Assembly (NCBI GenBank): GCA_965116925.1
Contig: OZ220744.1
Coordinates: 5,568,001-5,632,000 of the forward strand
Length of the DNA stretch: 64,000 bases
From: Candidatus Poribacteria bacterium
GTDB lineage: Bacteria > Poribacteria > WGA-4E > PCPOR2b
Direction: 5' to 3'
The notes under the pieces are model-generated. The model saw only the letters and a program-made list of their open reading frames with translations, was not told where the DNA came from and did not search any database. Positions 1-10,514 of this stretch are shown one piece after another. Both the position numbers and the translations under genes were made by a program. How positions within the stretch are numbered: the stretch's first letter is position 1; each line of letters begins with the position of its first letter.

Positions 1-310
1 GATAGCTTAAAAAATAGACTAGCAGAATACTCGCTAAATCGAAGGCAAGGTTGGTCAACCTGCCAACTAATACCCAGTGTTTTGGATTAATCTGTGCGAT
101 AATAGCGTGTGGCAGTGGGGGATAGCCTCTAATTCCGGGGACGAGCGAATCTTTCACGTGGTGCTTGCCGATACCCTTGAGTCCCCCTAGGTCGCGCCGC
201 AGCTTCGTGAGCCAAAGATGTGCGTCAAGGTCGCTGCCTGTGTGCAGCAGAAAAATCAGACGTGTCACAAGACCCAAGAAACAGATGCCTACCACTTCAA
301 CGTAGAGCAT
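1..310 (-). CDS. 5' part of a membrane protein, possibly a GT-C-fold glycosyltransferase (runs off the window; not in the ORF track)
   Basis: Manual translation from ATG at 310 (GAAAGGA upstream) is open to the window edge: MLYVEVVGICFLGLVTRLIFLL...GYPPLPH...LAFDLASILLVYFLSY; hydrophobic segments and YPPL; continues the polysaccharide cluster. Confidence 0.6.
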   Translation of the reverse strand, partial: MLYVEVVGICFLGLVTRLIFLLHTGSDLDAHLWLTKLRRDLGGLKGIGKHHVKDSLVPGIRGYPPLPHAIIAQINPKHWVLVGRLTNLAFDLASILLVYFLSY

Positions 311-365
311 TTACGCGGCTGTCCTTTCTTGCTAAGCAACCGGAATTTATGGGAACTGCGAGCTC

Positions 366-1196
366 TTAGTATACCATAGATTCCATCATATCGCCTGCAA
401 TCTGATCAAATGCGTTTCGTTGTTCTTGTGTCCAGTCAGTCCAACGCGGAAAATTATCAGGTAAGCCTGCCCGCTCTTGCAATGAGTTAATACGTGCGTT
501 GATCATCGCTCCTATCTGATTGGTGTTAAATCCGTCTAGGCTCAAAAAATCGAAAATCTGTTCCATTTTGAGCGCGTCCAAGGATTTCATATCCACCTGA
601 AGCCAATGTTGATTATCGAGTTCAGAGAACAACTCCAGCGCTTTCTTATTAAAGTTAGCCCAGTACCAAGCACACTTTTCAAAACGCGAGAGCTGTTGCC
701 ATTCCTCAAAATATGGATCGCCGGGACTAGGGCGTAGGCGACTATAATCCCACCAATCCTGTTCAGGCGAATCAGTTAGCGATTTTGGATCGTCCTCCTT
801 CATGGCGAAGATCCCACTATGCGAGAATTTCTGACTATAGAAATCGTGCCAGTCCATCAAGGAGCGTACAACCTCTCGTCCATCCCGCACCGGAAACAGG
901 AATTTGCAATCCCATAGTTCGGCGATGTATGGAATAAACGGTAGATAGTTTGGATTTTTGTCTCCATACCTTAGACCACTAGACAACACCTTTTGGATTG
1001 GCTCTGACTTTGCTTTTTGAATGACCTGCTTCGGATCCTTTAATAGCCCCCGATATAAATTTCGTGCCTCGATGCACAGGTTCGGTTTCTGCTCCACAAA
1101 GATAGTTGCGTTCTGTGACGTATTTAGCATTTTTACCAGTGCCGTCGTTCCACTTCGCGCGCAGCCAATGATGAAGAAAATATCAGCCATAACCAT
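366..1196 (-). CDS. Sulfotransferase family protein
   Basis: 5'-PAPS-binding motif IIGCARSGTT, GDKNP, and RDGREVVRS. Confidence 0.85.
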   Translation of the reverse strand: MVMADIFFIIGCARSGTTALVKMLNTSQNATIFVEQKPNLCIEARNLYRGLLKDPKQVIQKAKSEPIQKVLSSGLRYGDKNPNYLPFIPYIAELWDCKFLFPVRDGREVVRSLMDWHDFYSQKFSHSGIFAMKEDDPKSLTDSPEQDWWDYSRLRPSPGDPYFEEWQQLSRFEKCAWYWANFNKKALELFSELDNQHWLQVDMKSLDALKMEQIFDFLSLDGFNTNQIGAMINARINSLQERAGLPDNFPRWTDWTQEQRNAFDQIAGDMMESMVY

Positions 1197-1290
1197 TTTA
1201 GTTCATTAGTTCACTAGTACATTAATGAGCCAATGAACTAACAAAGCGGTTCATTAACTCCCTTCCTCACCTACTCGCTTCCCCGTTCTA

Positions 1291-2061
1291 TTAGGGCTTA
1301 TGGGCAATCACTTCAAACACATTAACAAGTCCCATATATGTTGCATCATAGTTTGGGGACGGTTGGCTGGTTTGTCCATTGCCAAACCCCAAAGTTCCTT
1401 CAGCTCCTAGTGCAACAACCTCGAAGCCAGATTTGTCCAAGGCACGCTTGGTGCCACCGAGGGTCATTATACGGGCACCGGTACTCAGCGAAAACCCACT
1501 TCGTTTGCGGATTAACGTATTCCAGAAGGTCTGAATGCCGTAGCGTCTGGGGCGGAAATCCATCGACGGATTCGGTCCTTCGATAATATTATAGAGATAC
1601 CAGCCGGGTCCATTGGTACAGATGTATAGGGTTCCACCCTTTTTTAGGCTGCGAAAGAAGTTTCTAAAGACCTTATGGTAATCCGTTAGATACACAACGC
1701 TATAACAAAAAACCGCATCGAATGTATCTTCAAAATTGGGCATCTCTTCCAAACTGGCTCGATGAAATTCTACATTTTTGACATCATTTATCGAGGCGAG
1801 TTGAGTGCTAACAGATAAGCGTTCTGAGTCAACGTCCACACCAATAACGTGCTTTGAGGTCTGCGCCATTGCGAATGTCCATTGTCCGAATCCGCAACCT
1901 GCATCTAGAATCCTTTCCTTATCAACGCAGCCGATATGAGCCAAGCGTTCTCTATATTTATTCAATCCACCGGAATAAACCCGCTGCAAAAAGCCTACAT
2001 CATTTGCGCTTAAACGTTGAAGTAGCCGATCTGGAATCTCTATGTTGTCTGTTCCAGACAT
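1291..2061 (-). CDS. Class I SAM-dependent methyltransferase
   Basis: ILDAGCGFG motif I, FDAVFC, LKKGGTLY. Confidence 0.9.
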   Translation of the reverse strand: MSGTDNIEIPDRLLQRLSANDVGFLQRVYSGGLNKYRERLAHIGCVDKERILDAGCGFGQWTFAMAQTSKHVIGVDVDSERLSVSTQLASINDVKNVEFHRASLEEMPNFEDTFDAVFCYSVVYLTDYHKVFRNFFRSLKKGGTLYICTNGPGWYLYNIIEGPNPSMDFRPRRYGIQTFWNTLIRKRSGFSLSTGARIMTLGGTKRALDKSGFEVVALGAEGTLGFGNGQTSQPSPNYDATYMGLVNVFEVIAHKP

Positions 2062-2075
2062 TGGAAGTTGAACCT

Positions 2076-3176
2076 CTAAGATGTTTGCGTATATTTGTGT
2101 GAGTGACCAAATCCCATGGCGAACGGTAGATCGTGCAAGACCTTTTTTTCTGCTTCAATCGGGTTGAAACCTGCAAGGCGCGTCCGTGCCATTGCCTCAC
2201 CAACCTTCAATCCGGCGGTATGCAGGGCGATAACCGGTTTAGGACCTAAGTAATCGGTTGTAACGCTCATGTAACCGGGTGCTGCCGATTTTTTCGGAAG
2301 GCACGGGATGGCGGCGTTATCGATTTCTTCGCGATTTATATTTCCTGCGATGTGGACAATCGACACATGTGGGCTCAACGCTAACAGTTCATCAACCGCT
2401 ATCTGTCCTTCACTGCCGATTAAACAAACTGGATTGCGGTGTTCTACTAGAACAACGAGATCGGCATCACGAAGCGTAGATTTAGCAGATTCGGTCTCCA
2501 AGGAAGCACCCGCAGCAAGGTCAATATATTTTATATCAGCCTCTAACTTATCAAATGCCTTGACGCAGCTTTCACCAAAGACACCGCTTCCGACAACCAC
2601 AACTTTCGATCTGTAAATTTCGATCTCTAATTCAAACGCTAGTTTAACTGCCAAATATCCGACATAGGTGAAAAGGTTTAGCCCCACCTCCCGCTCATTT
2701 GTACCCAGAACCATAATTCCCACCCGCCGACATTCTGAGAGATCGAGATCCGCTTCGCGAAATTCCCACGTTTCCCACATCAGTGGGAGAACGGCAGTTG
2801 GTTTTAGGTGGGTAATTATATTCTTATCGATTGGGCGCACAAATCCAAGATTCGTTACAATATCAACCTGCGAAAGCGTTGATGGAATTTTATTGGAAAC
2901 TATCTCAATCCGATCCCCTACTCCCCACCTTTGCGCTAGTTCAAGCGTGAAATCTCGCACATCAGCCGCTTTGCCGTACCGAGAATCCCGCGTGATTGCG
3001 AAGACCCGATCCGAACCAGCCAACGCCGCAATCAAGGGGGTTACGACATAGTTGCCACTTGCCGCCTCTGTGAAAACAGTGAGTCCTGATAGGTCTAGAT
3101 TGTACGTGTCTATTGCATCACCAATGAGTTTCTCAATACGCTTGATGTTCATTTCAAAAATTGTTTCAACCACCAC
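2076..3176 (-). CDS. Hypothetical protein with a Rossmann-like segment, in the polysaccharide cluster
   Basis: 366 aa ORF, VVVVGSGVFG, overlaps the asnB end; exact start uncertain. Confidence 0.6.
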   Translation of the reverse strand: MVVETIFEMNIKRIEKLIGDAIDTYNLDLSGLTVFTEAASGNYVVTPLIAALAGSDRVFAITRDSRYGKAADVRDFTLELAQRWGVGDRIEIVSNKIPSTLSQVDIVTNLGFVRPIDKNIITHLKPTAVLPLMWETWEFREADLDLSECRRVGIMVLGTNEREVGLNLFTYVGYLAVKLAFELEIEIYRSKVVVVGSGVFGESCVKAFDKLEADIKYIDLAAGASLETESAKSTLRDADLVVLVEHRNPVCLIGSEGQIAVDELLALSPHVSIVHIAGNINREEIDNAAIPCLPKKSAAPGYMSVTTDYLGPKPVIALHTAGLKVGEAMARTRLAGFNPIEAEKKVLHDLPFAMGFGHSHKYTQTS

Positions 3177-5194
3177 TCAAAACTCAACAACGACCAGATT
3201 AGGAGTCGCTTGTTCTCTGCGCCAGAACTGTGGGTTTCAATGACCTGTCGCACATATTCGGGGTTGAGATATTCGTTAATTCGCGCCTTATCACTCAGCA
3301 ACAGATCTCGCATATACTTTTCACTGCTCCCACGGAACCACGACTCATCGGGTCCACTAAAGCCCTGTTTCTTGGCTTGTGTAATTGATTTGGGGATAAT
3401 CCGTCCCATCGTTTTACGTAGGATGTCTTTGCCAACATCTGTCCGTTCCAAACCAACCTTCCCCGGGCGTGGAGTGTTTTCATTGAACGCCTTCCAGTTG
3501 TGCAAGTTGGCAATTTTGTAGCGGACGGGTGTTTGGCAAGCGAGATTAACCAAGTCATTATCCAGAAGTGGCACCCTTGTTTCCAATGAATGTGCCATCG
3601 AAATTTTGTCTTCAACCACCAGCAACCCGTGTAAAAAGGTTTTGCATTCAAAGTAGAGTGAGTGGTTGACCTGTTCTTCCCGGCTGTCACACCGAATGTC
3701 TTTCGGATAGACATTCCGAAATACCGTCAAAGTGTGGTTTTTGAAGGAGGGTCCTCCATCAATATCCATTTTGTGAAGTTGATTTGTAATCTCTTGGTTG
3801 AAAAGCAGGGGTTTCTCTTTATTATATACCAATCTCTGCCAGTAGCGGTAATAATTGTTCGTGTAACTCTCGACACTGTTTCCAAGCCCTGTAGCATATC
3901 GCCAAGGATAACCGCCGAATAATTCGTCGCCACCTGTTCCGGACATGACGACTTTAACCTGCTTACTTGCCAGCTGAGCCGCATAGTAGTTAGGATAGCA
4001 CTGTCCGACCCGCAAATCTTCGAGATGCCAGATGAGATCTCCCATGGCAGCTTCCATATCGCCAGAATGCAGCACCTGCTCGTGATGCGCTGTCTGAAAC
4101 AGGTTTGCCATATATTCGGCTAATTCCCGTTCATCAAAACTCAGTTCATGGATTGCGGCTTCCGAGAGATCAAAACCTATTGTGAACGTGGCAATTTGTC
4201 CGAAGACAGCGGCAGTGATAGCGGTTACAGTTCCTGAGTCCATGCCGCCGCTCAAATAACTACCAACCGGAACGTCGCTAACACACTGGCGTTTGACAGT
4301 CTGTGTCAACAGGTCGTAGAGTTGGTCTTCAAGTTGATTTGCGGGAACATCCGTCTCCTGCCCGAAGTCAAAATCCCAGTATTTGGTCTTAGAAATCTTT
4401 CGCTCAATGAGATCAGGAGGCAAAGCAGTGTGCGATAAATCGAGTTCCAAGCAGTGTCCGGGCGGGAGTAGCTTAATCCTTGAGAAGAGGGTGCGGTCAG
4501 TAAAAATATTTTGGAATGAGAAGTATTCGTTTAATGCCGCGAGATCTACATTTGGTCTGTCGGGCAAGTATTCCAGAATGGACTTAATCTCGGATCCAAA
4601 CAGAAATGTGCCTTCATCGGTGAGGGTATAGTAGAGCGGCTTGATGCCGTAACGATCGCGAGCAAGCCAGACTTTTTGATTCAGGCTGTCATACAGCGCG
4701 AAGGCGAACATCCCGTTGAATCGATGAATACAGTCCGCTCCCCACTGGTGGTAGGCGTGGATGATGACTTCGGTGTCAGAAGAACTGAAAAAGTGGTAAC
4801 CGAGCCCTTTTAACTCCTGACGTATTTCTCTGAAATTGTAAATTTCCCCGTTGTAGATAAGCCAGATCTTACGTGATTTATCACACATCGGTTGATGCCC
4901 ACGCGAGGAGAGATCAATGATCGACAACCTTCGGTGTCCGAAAAACAGATCCCATTTTTCTGAATGCAATCTGTTCTGTTCGACAGCTGAATCAATTACG
5001 GGCAGCGACGGGCAAACTTCTTGAAATTGGCTATCTGTAAAATCTTGACCGAATGGGTGATGCGCCCCTGTCTGATAGACGAGATAACCCGCATCGTCTG
5101 GTCCCCTGTGGGCGATCACATCTACCATCGGTTTCAGACGTTCTACTTGAAGGGGTCTATGATTGAGAGATATTGCTCCGGCTATACCACACAT
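3149..5194 (-). CDS. asnB: Asparagine synthase-like glutamine amidotransferase (probably a sugar-amidating WbpS-like enzyme)
   Basis: MCGIAG N-terminal Cys, HRGPD, GHRRLSIID, LSGGMDS, SGTGGDELFGGY. Confidence 0.9.
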   Translation of the reverse strand: MCGIAGAISLNHRPLQVERLKPMVDVIAHRGPDDAGYLVYQTGAHHPFGQDFTDSQFQEVCPSLPVIDSAVEQNRLHSEKWDLFFGHRRLSIIDLSSRGHQPMCDKSRKIWLIYNGEIYNFREIRQELKGLGYHFFSSSDTEVIIHAYHQWGADCIHRFNGMFAFALYDSLNQKVWLARDRYGIKPLYYTLTDEGTFLFGSEIKSILEYLPDRPNVDLAALNEYFSFQNIFTDRTLFSRIKLLPPGHCLELDLSHTALPPDLIERKISKTKYWDFDFGQETDVPANQLEDQLYDLLTQTVKRQCVSDVPVGSYLSGGMDSGTVTAITAAVFGQIATFTIGFDLSEAAIHELSFDERELAEYMANLFQTAHHEQVLHSGDMEAAMGDLIWHLEDLRVGQCYPNYYAAQLASKQVKVVMSGTGGDELFGGYPWRYATGLGNSVESYTNNYYRYWQRLVYNKEKPLLFNQEITNQLHKMDIDGGPSFKNHTLTVFRNVYPKDIRCDSREEQVNHSLYFECKTFLHGLLVVEDKISMAHSLETRVPLLDNDLVNLACQTPVRYKIANLHNWKAFNENTPRPGKVGLERTDVGKDILRKTMGRIIPKSITQAKKQGFSGPDESWFRGSSEKYMRDLLLSDKARINEYLNPEYVRQVIETHSSGAENKRLLIWSLLSFEWWLKQFLK

Positions 5195-5197
5195 AGC

Positions 5198-6412
5198 TTA
5201 ACCCCTGACCTGCTGAAGACTTTGGCACACCAATTCCTGTTCAACGTCTGTCATCTGTACATAGAGCGGCAGCGTCAATCCCAATCGATCCGCTAAATAA
5301 GCGTTGGGAAATTGTTCAGGATGTAGCGCGTATTTTTTCGTATAGTAACCCTGCAGCACCGGGGCGTGTGTGCCTTGGCGGGTCGCAATCCCTTTCGCCT
5401 CTAGTTGCATCATTAGTTCGTTACGTCCTTGGTGGAGTCGATCCACATTGCTCAGGGTGGGTTCTTCAGGACGAAATAGGCAGACATAAGCCTGATACCC
5501 GTGGACGAAACCGTCGGGAATTCTTGGTGTTTCCAGCCACTCTACCTTAGTTAGCAGCTGATCGTAGTGCTGGGCGCGTTGTGAACGTATGTCCAAGATC
5601 CACGCTGCCCGATCCATCTGTGCACAACCGAGCGCGCCTTGGATGTCCGTCATGCGGTAGTTATAGCCGAGATGATTATACTCTGATAGCAGGAACCCGG
5701 CTTTGCCCGTGTGGCGTGAGAGATCAGAACGTGAAGCACCGTGATCCCGTAAGATGCGCGCTAGTTGATCGAAATCCTTGCGCTGCGTTGTGATCATTCC
5801 CCCTTCGCCGGTGGTAATCGACTTACGTGGGTGGAAGCTGAAGCAGCCCATTTCGCCAAACGTACCTGCATGTTTGCCGTGATACTGGGCACCGAACCCA
5901 CACGCGGCATCTTCCACAACCCACAGGTTATGTTTTTGAGCGATTTCCTGAATTGGCTGCATCTCCGCGCATAGTCCAAACAGGTGTACCGGGATAATCC
6001 CTACCGTTTTAGACGTAATCAACCCTTCAATCTGCTCTACATCGATATTGAAGGTGGGCAGATCAATATCGCAAAAAATAGGTTTTGCCCCCATGTATTC
6101 CACCACGTTAGCGGTGGAGATCCATGTGAAGGCGGGCACAATGACTTCGTCACCGGGCTTTAATCCTAATGCAGCGACAGCGATGTGCAGTGCTGTTGTA
6201 CAGGAGCTTGTTGCGATTGAAAAACTGGCTTCTGTGAAGGCTGAAAACTTCTTCTCAAATTTCCCGACAAACGGCCCCTGAGCTACCCAACCGCTGTGCA
6301 AAGGGGCGCGGATCGCAGCCTCTTCCTCCGCTCCGAAAAATGGTTTGGTGATTGGGATCTGTTGGAGTGTTGTCTCAGCCTTCAACGGTAACACCGCCTT
6401 TTTTATCGGCAT
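5198..6412 (-). CDS. DegT/DnrJ/EryC1/StrS sugar aminotransferase (WbpE-like)
   Basis: SSCTTALH, VEDAAC, FSFHPRKSITTGEGG, GYNYRM. Confidence 0.9.
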   Translation of the reverse strand: MPIKKAVLPLKAETTLQQIPITKPFFGAEEEAAIRAPLHSGWVAQGPFVGKFEKKFSAFTEASFSIATSSCTTALHIAVAALGLKPGDEVIVPAFTWISTANVVEYMGAKPIFCDIDLPTFNIDVEQIEGLITSKTVGIIPVHLFGLCAEMQPIQEIAQKHNLWVVEDAACGFGAQYHGKHAGTFGEMGCFSFHPRKSITTGEGGMITTQRKDFDQLARILRDHGASRSDLSRHTGKAGFLLSEYNHLGYNYRMTDIQGALGCAQMDRAAWILDIRSQRAQHYDQLLTKVEWLETPRIPDGFVHGYQAYVCLFRPEEPTLSNVDRLHQGRNELMMQLEAKGIATRQGTHAPVLQGYYTKKYALHPEQFPNAYLADRLGLTLPLYVQMTDVEQELVCQSLQQVRG

Positions 6413-7355
6413 TCCGCCAATCGATCAATCGGCGCATCCCGTCTTCTATATCGACTTTCCACCGGAACCCTAAATCCCTTTCAGCGGCGTGGGTAGAACC
6501 GATCCGGTTTGTCACAAAGGTTTGATCAGCGGGTGCATACTGAATCTCAAGATCGCTGCCCGTCAACCGCAGCAGCAGCTCCGTCAACGCTTTGATTGAT
6601 GTGCCGATGCCCCGTCCAACATTGTAGTTTTTGTCAGTCACGTCAGCCCGCATAGCACAAACGTTCGCACGGGCGATATCACTCACGTAGATGAAGTCGT
6701 ACTGCTGGCTGCCGTCTCCGTAAACAACTGGAGGCAATCCTTGATCAATGCGGTCCAGAATCTTCATCATGACAGCGGTATAAGCCCCCTTATAATCTTG
6801 GCGGGGACCGTAGGCGTTCATGTAACGCAGCCCCACCCAATCCAGATTGTAGCGATGTCCCAAAGCCTTAAACATCTGCTCACCGGCAATCTTGGTCGCC
6901 CCATAAAAAGTATAGTTATTATAAGGATGCTCCTCCGTCATTGGCAACTCGACAGCGTCCCCATATACGGAAGCAGAGGAGGAATAGACCACGCGCTCTA
7001 CGCCCTGTTTAATCGCCGCTTCCAATACGTTGAAAGTACCTCCGACGTTGACTTCAAAGGCGGAACGAGGGTATTCATGGCAATGTAACAGCCACAGTGC
7101 CGCCAAATGGAACACACCGTGAACTCCCTCCATCGCCGACTCCAATATATCACGGTGTAGTATATCTCCGCCGTGGGGATTTATTGAGACCCTAGGGTCT
7201 TTCAACGCCTCCTGCAAATTTTCTTGAATTCCTCGCGTGAAATTATCATAGACAATAATCTCAGCGACATCTGTCTCGATTAACTGATCAACGACATGGC
7301 TTCCGATGAAGCCAGCTCCGCCAATAACTAAGATACGTTTATCTTTTAAGTCCAT
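6375..7355 (-). CDS. NAD-dependent epimerase/dehydratase
   Basis: GGAGFIG, SSASVYG, YGATK; start moved to MDLKDK because the track start lies inside a repeat. Confidence 0.9.
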   Translation of the reverse strand: MDLKDKRILVIGGAGFIGSHVVDQLIETDVAEIIVYDNFTRGIQENLQEALKDPRVSINPHGGDILHRDILESAMEGVHGVFHLAALWLLHCHEYPRSAFEVNVGGTFNVLEAAIKQGVERVVYSSSASVYGDAVELPMTEEHPYNNYTFYGATKIAGEQMFKALGHRYNLDWVGLRYMNAYGPRQDYKGAYTAVMMKILDRIDQGLPPVVYGDGSQQYDFIYVSDIARANVCAMRADVTDKNYNVGRGIGTSIKALTELLLRLTGSDLEIQYAPADQTFVTNRIGSTHAAERDLGFRWKVDIEDGMRRLIDWRNADKKGGVTVEG

Positions 7356-7364
7356 AATGATTTT

Positions 7365-7529
7365 ACCGCAGAGACACAGAGAACGCAGAGGTAAAACGTG
7401 AACGCTCATGTTAAGAAATAGTGCACCAGAAACCGAGTTTTCAAGAAAAAACTCGGTTTCTTTGTGTGCTTTGCACTTTCTTTTTACTTAATCTTTTGTT
7501 TTTCTCTGTGCACTCTGCGCCTCGGCGGT
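7365..7529. repeat. Inverted-repeat pair (ACCGCAGAGACACAGAGAACGCAGAG / CTCTGTGCACTCTGCGCCTCGGCGGT) enclosing a family-A MITE (7403-7493)
   Basis: Arms at 7365-7390 and 7504-7529; inner CTCATGTTAAGAAA element with a degenerate right end. Confidence 0.7.
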
Positions 7530-7535
7530 GATTTT

Positions 7536-8117
7536 TCAATAACCGGCAGATGTAAGCTGATTATCGCGACACTGATATTTTCGATGACAGTGACCACACT
7601 GTGCGAAATTGTCTATCAGCTCCAAACGGGTTCCACATTGACACATCCAACCGTGTTGCCGCGCAGGGTTGCCATAGACTAAGGCGTAGTCGGGGACATC
7701 CCGCGTTACCACAGATCCCGCACCGATGAAGGCATGTTCACCAATGGTGATACCGCAGACAATCGTCGCATTGGCACCAACTGTCGCTCCCCGTTTTACC
7801 AACGTGGAATCGTATTCATCAATTGTTCTGGGGACAGCACTTCTCGGATTGATGACGTTTGTGAACACCGCTGAGGGACCACAGAAAACGTCGTCTTCGA
7901 TTGTGACCCTCTTGTAGACAGAGACATTGTTTTGAATCTTGACATTGTTTCCGACGCTCACGCCACTATCAATATTAACATTTTGCCCAAGTGTGCAATT
8001 TCGTCCAATTTGGCTGTCCTTCATAACATGGCAGAAATGCCAAATCTTGGTGCCATCACCAATCGAAACAGGCTCATCGATATAAGAGGACTCATGAACA
8101 AAATAAGATTTTTTCAT
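7536..8117 (-). CDS. Hexapeptide-repeat N-acetyltransferase (WbpD-like)
   Basis: IGDGTKIWHFCHV, KIQNNVSVY, VFCGPSAVFTNVINPRS, GNPARQHGWMCQCG. Confidence 0.9.
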   Translation of the reverse strand: MKKSYFVHESSYIDEPVSIGDGTKIWHFCHVMKDSQIGRNCTLGQNVNIDSGVSVGNNVKIQNNVSVYKRVTIEDDVFCGPSAVFTNVINPRSAVPRTIDEYDSTLVKRGATVGANATIVCGITIGEHAFIGAGSVVTRDVPDYALVYGNPARQHGWMCQCGTRLELIDNFAQCGHCHRKYQCRDNQLTSAGY

Positions 8118-8159
8118 ATTATTCCCCTTTCTCGACGATATAGACGATACAATTATACA

Positions 8160-9182
8160 TCACATTTTGATGTCCACCGGTTCACCGTTCTGGTTGCGTG
8201 ATTGCTGCGCTGCTTGTAGGACTCGCACAACGCGAAGCCCATCTCTCCCATCGCTTCTGGGTTTGCGATGATCTGTGATACAATCGAGAAAGTGTTGGCA
8301 TTCCAACTTGAGCGGCTCGGTCATTTTGATGTACGGTATTGTGACATCACCGAACCGCGGGCTTAAGGCTTCACCGTAGGAGGTGTAGCCTGCGCTGTGA
8401 TTGACCCCTTTGTTGTAAATTTTCACCATTTCTGTCGTTTCCATATCATCAAAAACGACCATTTTTTCGCTGCCGACAATTGTTGTTAGGCGCAGCTTAT
8501 GAGGGTCTAGCCAACTCAGTTGGATATGCGCCATTATCCCACCGGGAAATTGAAGGTTGACAAAGACCACATCGTCAATCCCCTCTTGCAGATAGGATGC
8601 TCCACGGGCGGATACGTTCTCCGGCTCGGCATCAAGCAGGTACATGGCGACGGAGAAATCGTGAGGGGCGAGGCTCCACATCGCATTTTCGTCGTGTCGG
8701 ATTCTTCCCAAGTTGACCCGTTGTGCATAGAGATAGTGGATCCCCCCAAGTTCTCCCGACTGGATGAGATCTTTTAATTTTTCAATCGCCGGATGGTATT
8801 CCATCAGGTGCCCGACCATCAGGATTCGATCCGTATCTTCAGACAATTCGACCAATTCGACAGCCTGTTGTACCCTTAGTGTTAGCGGCTTTTCAATGAA
8901 GATATGTTTGCCGTGCTGAAGGGCTTTCAGGGCAAAAGTGTAATGTGTGCGCGCTGGCGTTGCGATGACTATTGCGTCGAGATCGGGGTCGTTCAGCAGG
9001 ACATCATAGTTATCAGTGACCATGAGATTCGGATATTGCTCTTTGGCACTAGCGAGACGGTTTGAATCTAGGTCACAGCAGATTTTGACGCAACAATCGG
9101 GTAGTTGATCAAAGTTCCGCAGTAGATTTGGTCCCCAATACCCTAATCCAACCATTCCGAGGGTTATCTTGGATGTTTTCAT
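8160..9182 (-). CDS. Gfo/Idh/MocA oxidoreductase (WbpB-like)
   Basis: VGLGYWG, IATP, HIFIEKP, MVGH, LAPHD. Confidence 0.88.
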   Translation of the reverse strand: MKTSKITLGMVGLGYWGPNLLRNFDQLPDCCVKICCDLDSNRLASAKEQYPNLMVTDNYDVLLNDPDLDAIVIATPARTHYTFALKALQHGKHIFIEKPLTLRVQQAVELVELSEDTDRILMVGHLMEYHPAIEKLKDLIQSGELGGIHYLYAQRVNLGRIRHDENAMWSLAPHDFSVAMYLLDAEPENVSARGASYLQEGIDDVVFVNLQFPGGIMAHIQLSWLDPHKLRLTTIVGSEKMVVFDDMETTEMVKIYNKGVNHSAGYTSYGEALSPRFGDVTIPYIKMTEPLKLECQHFLDCITDHRKPRSDGRDGLRVVRVLQAAQQSRNQNGEPVDIKM

Positions 9183-9333
9183 ACTGTTATCTCAACCCGC
9201 GCTTTGTAGTGGGATGTTGGGTTTCACTCAATTTATCTATAAGCGGGTGTTGTTAAAAAGCATAGGTTCTTTTGTCGTTGATAGGGATTCACCTTTACCG
9301 TTCAATCCAACCTACCTACTGTTAAATATCCAC

Positions 9334-10281
9334 TTAGTATCCCTTTTGTTTATCCACAACATTTTCTAATGGCTCGCCCTTGATGTAGCGATGTAAGTTG
9401 TCAACAAACAGTTGCATGGCACGTGCACGGATGTGCTGAGATGCGCCTGCACTATGACCGGTTAAGATTACGTTAGGTTCTGTCCATAGTGGACTATCCG
9501 GGGGACACGGCTCCGTGTAAGTTACATCCAACCCTGCTGCTGCCAATTTGCCACTGCGAAGTGCAGCGATTAAGGCATCTTCATCGATAATTCTCCCTCG
9601 ACTGACGTTGATGAGGTAGCTACCATCAGGCAATAGATTAAACTGTTCATGCGATAGGAGTTGATGCGTTTCGGGGGTGCTTGGGCAGCAAACCATCACC
9701 ACGTTGGATTGTGCCATCAACTCCGGCAGCCAATCTAACTTCCCAAGTTGAGTCACCGTATCCGGTTTCTCCATAGATTCTGGATCAACGGCAATCACAT
9801 TAAACTCGAATGCCTTTGCCCGCGCGGCGACTGCGCGCCCGATGCCACCAAGTCCTAGAATCCCCATTGTCATCCCCGCCAATTCGATACACGGCACACG
9901 TTCCCAATGCTTGCGTTTCATAAACTCTAGTTGCGCCGGGATGCTGCGGGTAAGAGAAAGCAGGAGGGCAAAGGCGTGTTCAGAAATCTGTCGCCCGTAC
10001 AATCTTCGACAATTCGTCAACACCACGTTGCTTGCTTTGAAAGCGGGGTACATGAAACCTTCAACACCTGCATGTGGCTGATGCACCCATCGTAATGATC
10101 CGGCTTTTGGGAAGTCCGCCTCACCTATTGAGCCATAGATAATCTCGATTCCGGAGAGATGGTCACTAAGTTGTTCCCCCGGTGGCAGAAGGTGTATTTC
10201 GACATTTGGCGGGGCATCGTCGAGTATGGCTTCAACTTCCGGGGTTTGACGGCTTGCAATGAGAATTTTTGGGGTAGGCAT
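9334..10281 (-). CDS. D-2-hydroxyacid dehydrogenase family protein
   Basis: GILGLGGIG, INVSRG, LDVTYTEP, LTGHSAG; start MPTPK follows AAAGGA. Confidence 0.9.
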   Translation of the reverse strand: MPTPKILIASRQTPEVEAILDDAPPNVEIHLLPPGEQLSDHLSGIEIIYGSIGEADFPKAGSLRWVHQPHAGVEGFMYPAFKASNVVLTNCRRLYGRQISEHAFALLLSLTRSIPAQLEFMKRKHWERVPCIELAGMTMGILGLGGIGRAVAARAKAFEFNVIAVDPESMEKPDTVTQLGKLDWLPELMAQSNVVMVCCPSTPETHQLLSHEQFNLLPDGSYLINVSRGRIIDEDALIAALRSGKLAAAGLDVTYTEPCPPDSPLWTEPNVILTGHSAGASQHIRARAMQLFVDNLHRYIKGEPLENVVDKQKGY

Positions 10282-10404
10282 CATAATTCCTTTCATGAGT
10301 TGTGTGGGACATGTTGGAAAACATTTAACATGGGTTGTATAAAGATTCGTGGGGATTGGGTGAACCAGTATTCCCAACATTTTTTGCCAAAGTAATTCAA
10401 GTTG

Positions 10405-10514
10405 GGTTCATGTTAAGAAAGCGTGTAACAGAAACTAAGTTTTGGGCACGGGCGGGGCAAGATGCCCCGCCTACGGTTTCTTTCGGTATTTTGCCCTTTC
10501 TTTTTACATGAGCC
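10405..10514 (+). mobile_element. Family-A MITE with REP cargo
   Basis: Ends GGTTCATGTTAAGAAA and TTTCTTTTTACATGAGCC; flanks TCAAGTTG / TCAAGTTT (7 of 8 match, target duplication). Confidence 0.8.

Noticed and set aside
1198..1260. ncRNA in short GTTCATTA-like repeats (also 12347-12400 and CGTTTTCA-like runs at 44580-44610)
   Set aside because: Degenerate 7-8 bp tandem units with no supportable structure or function
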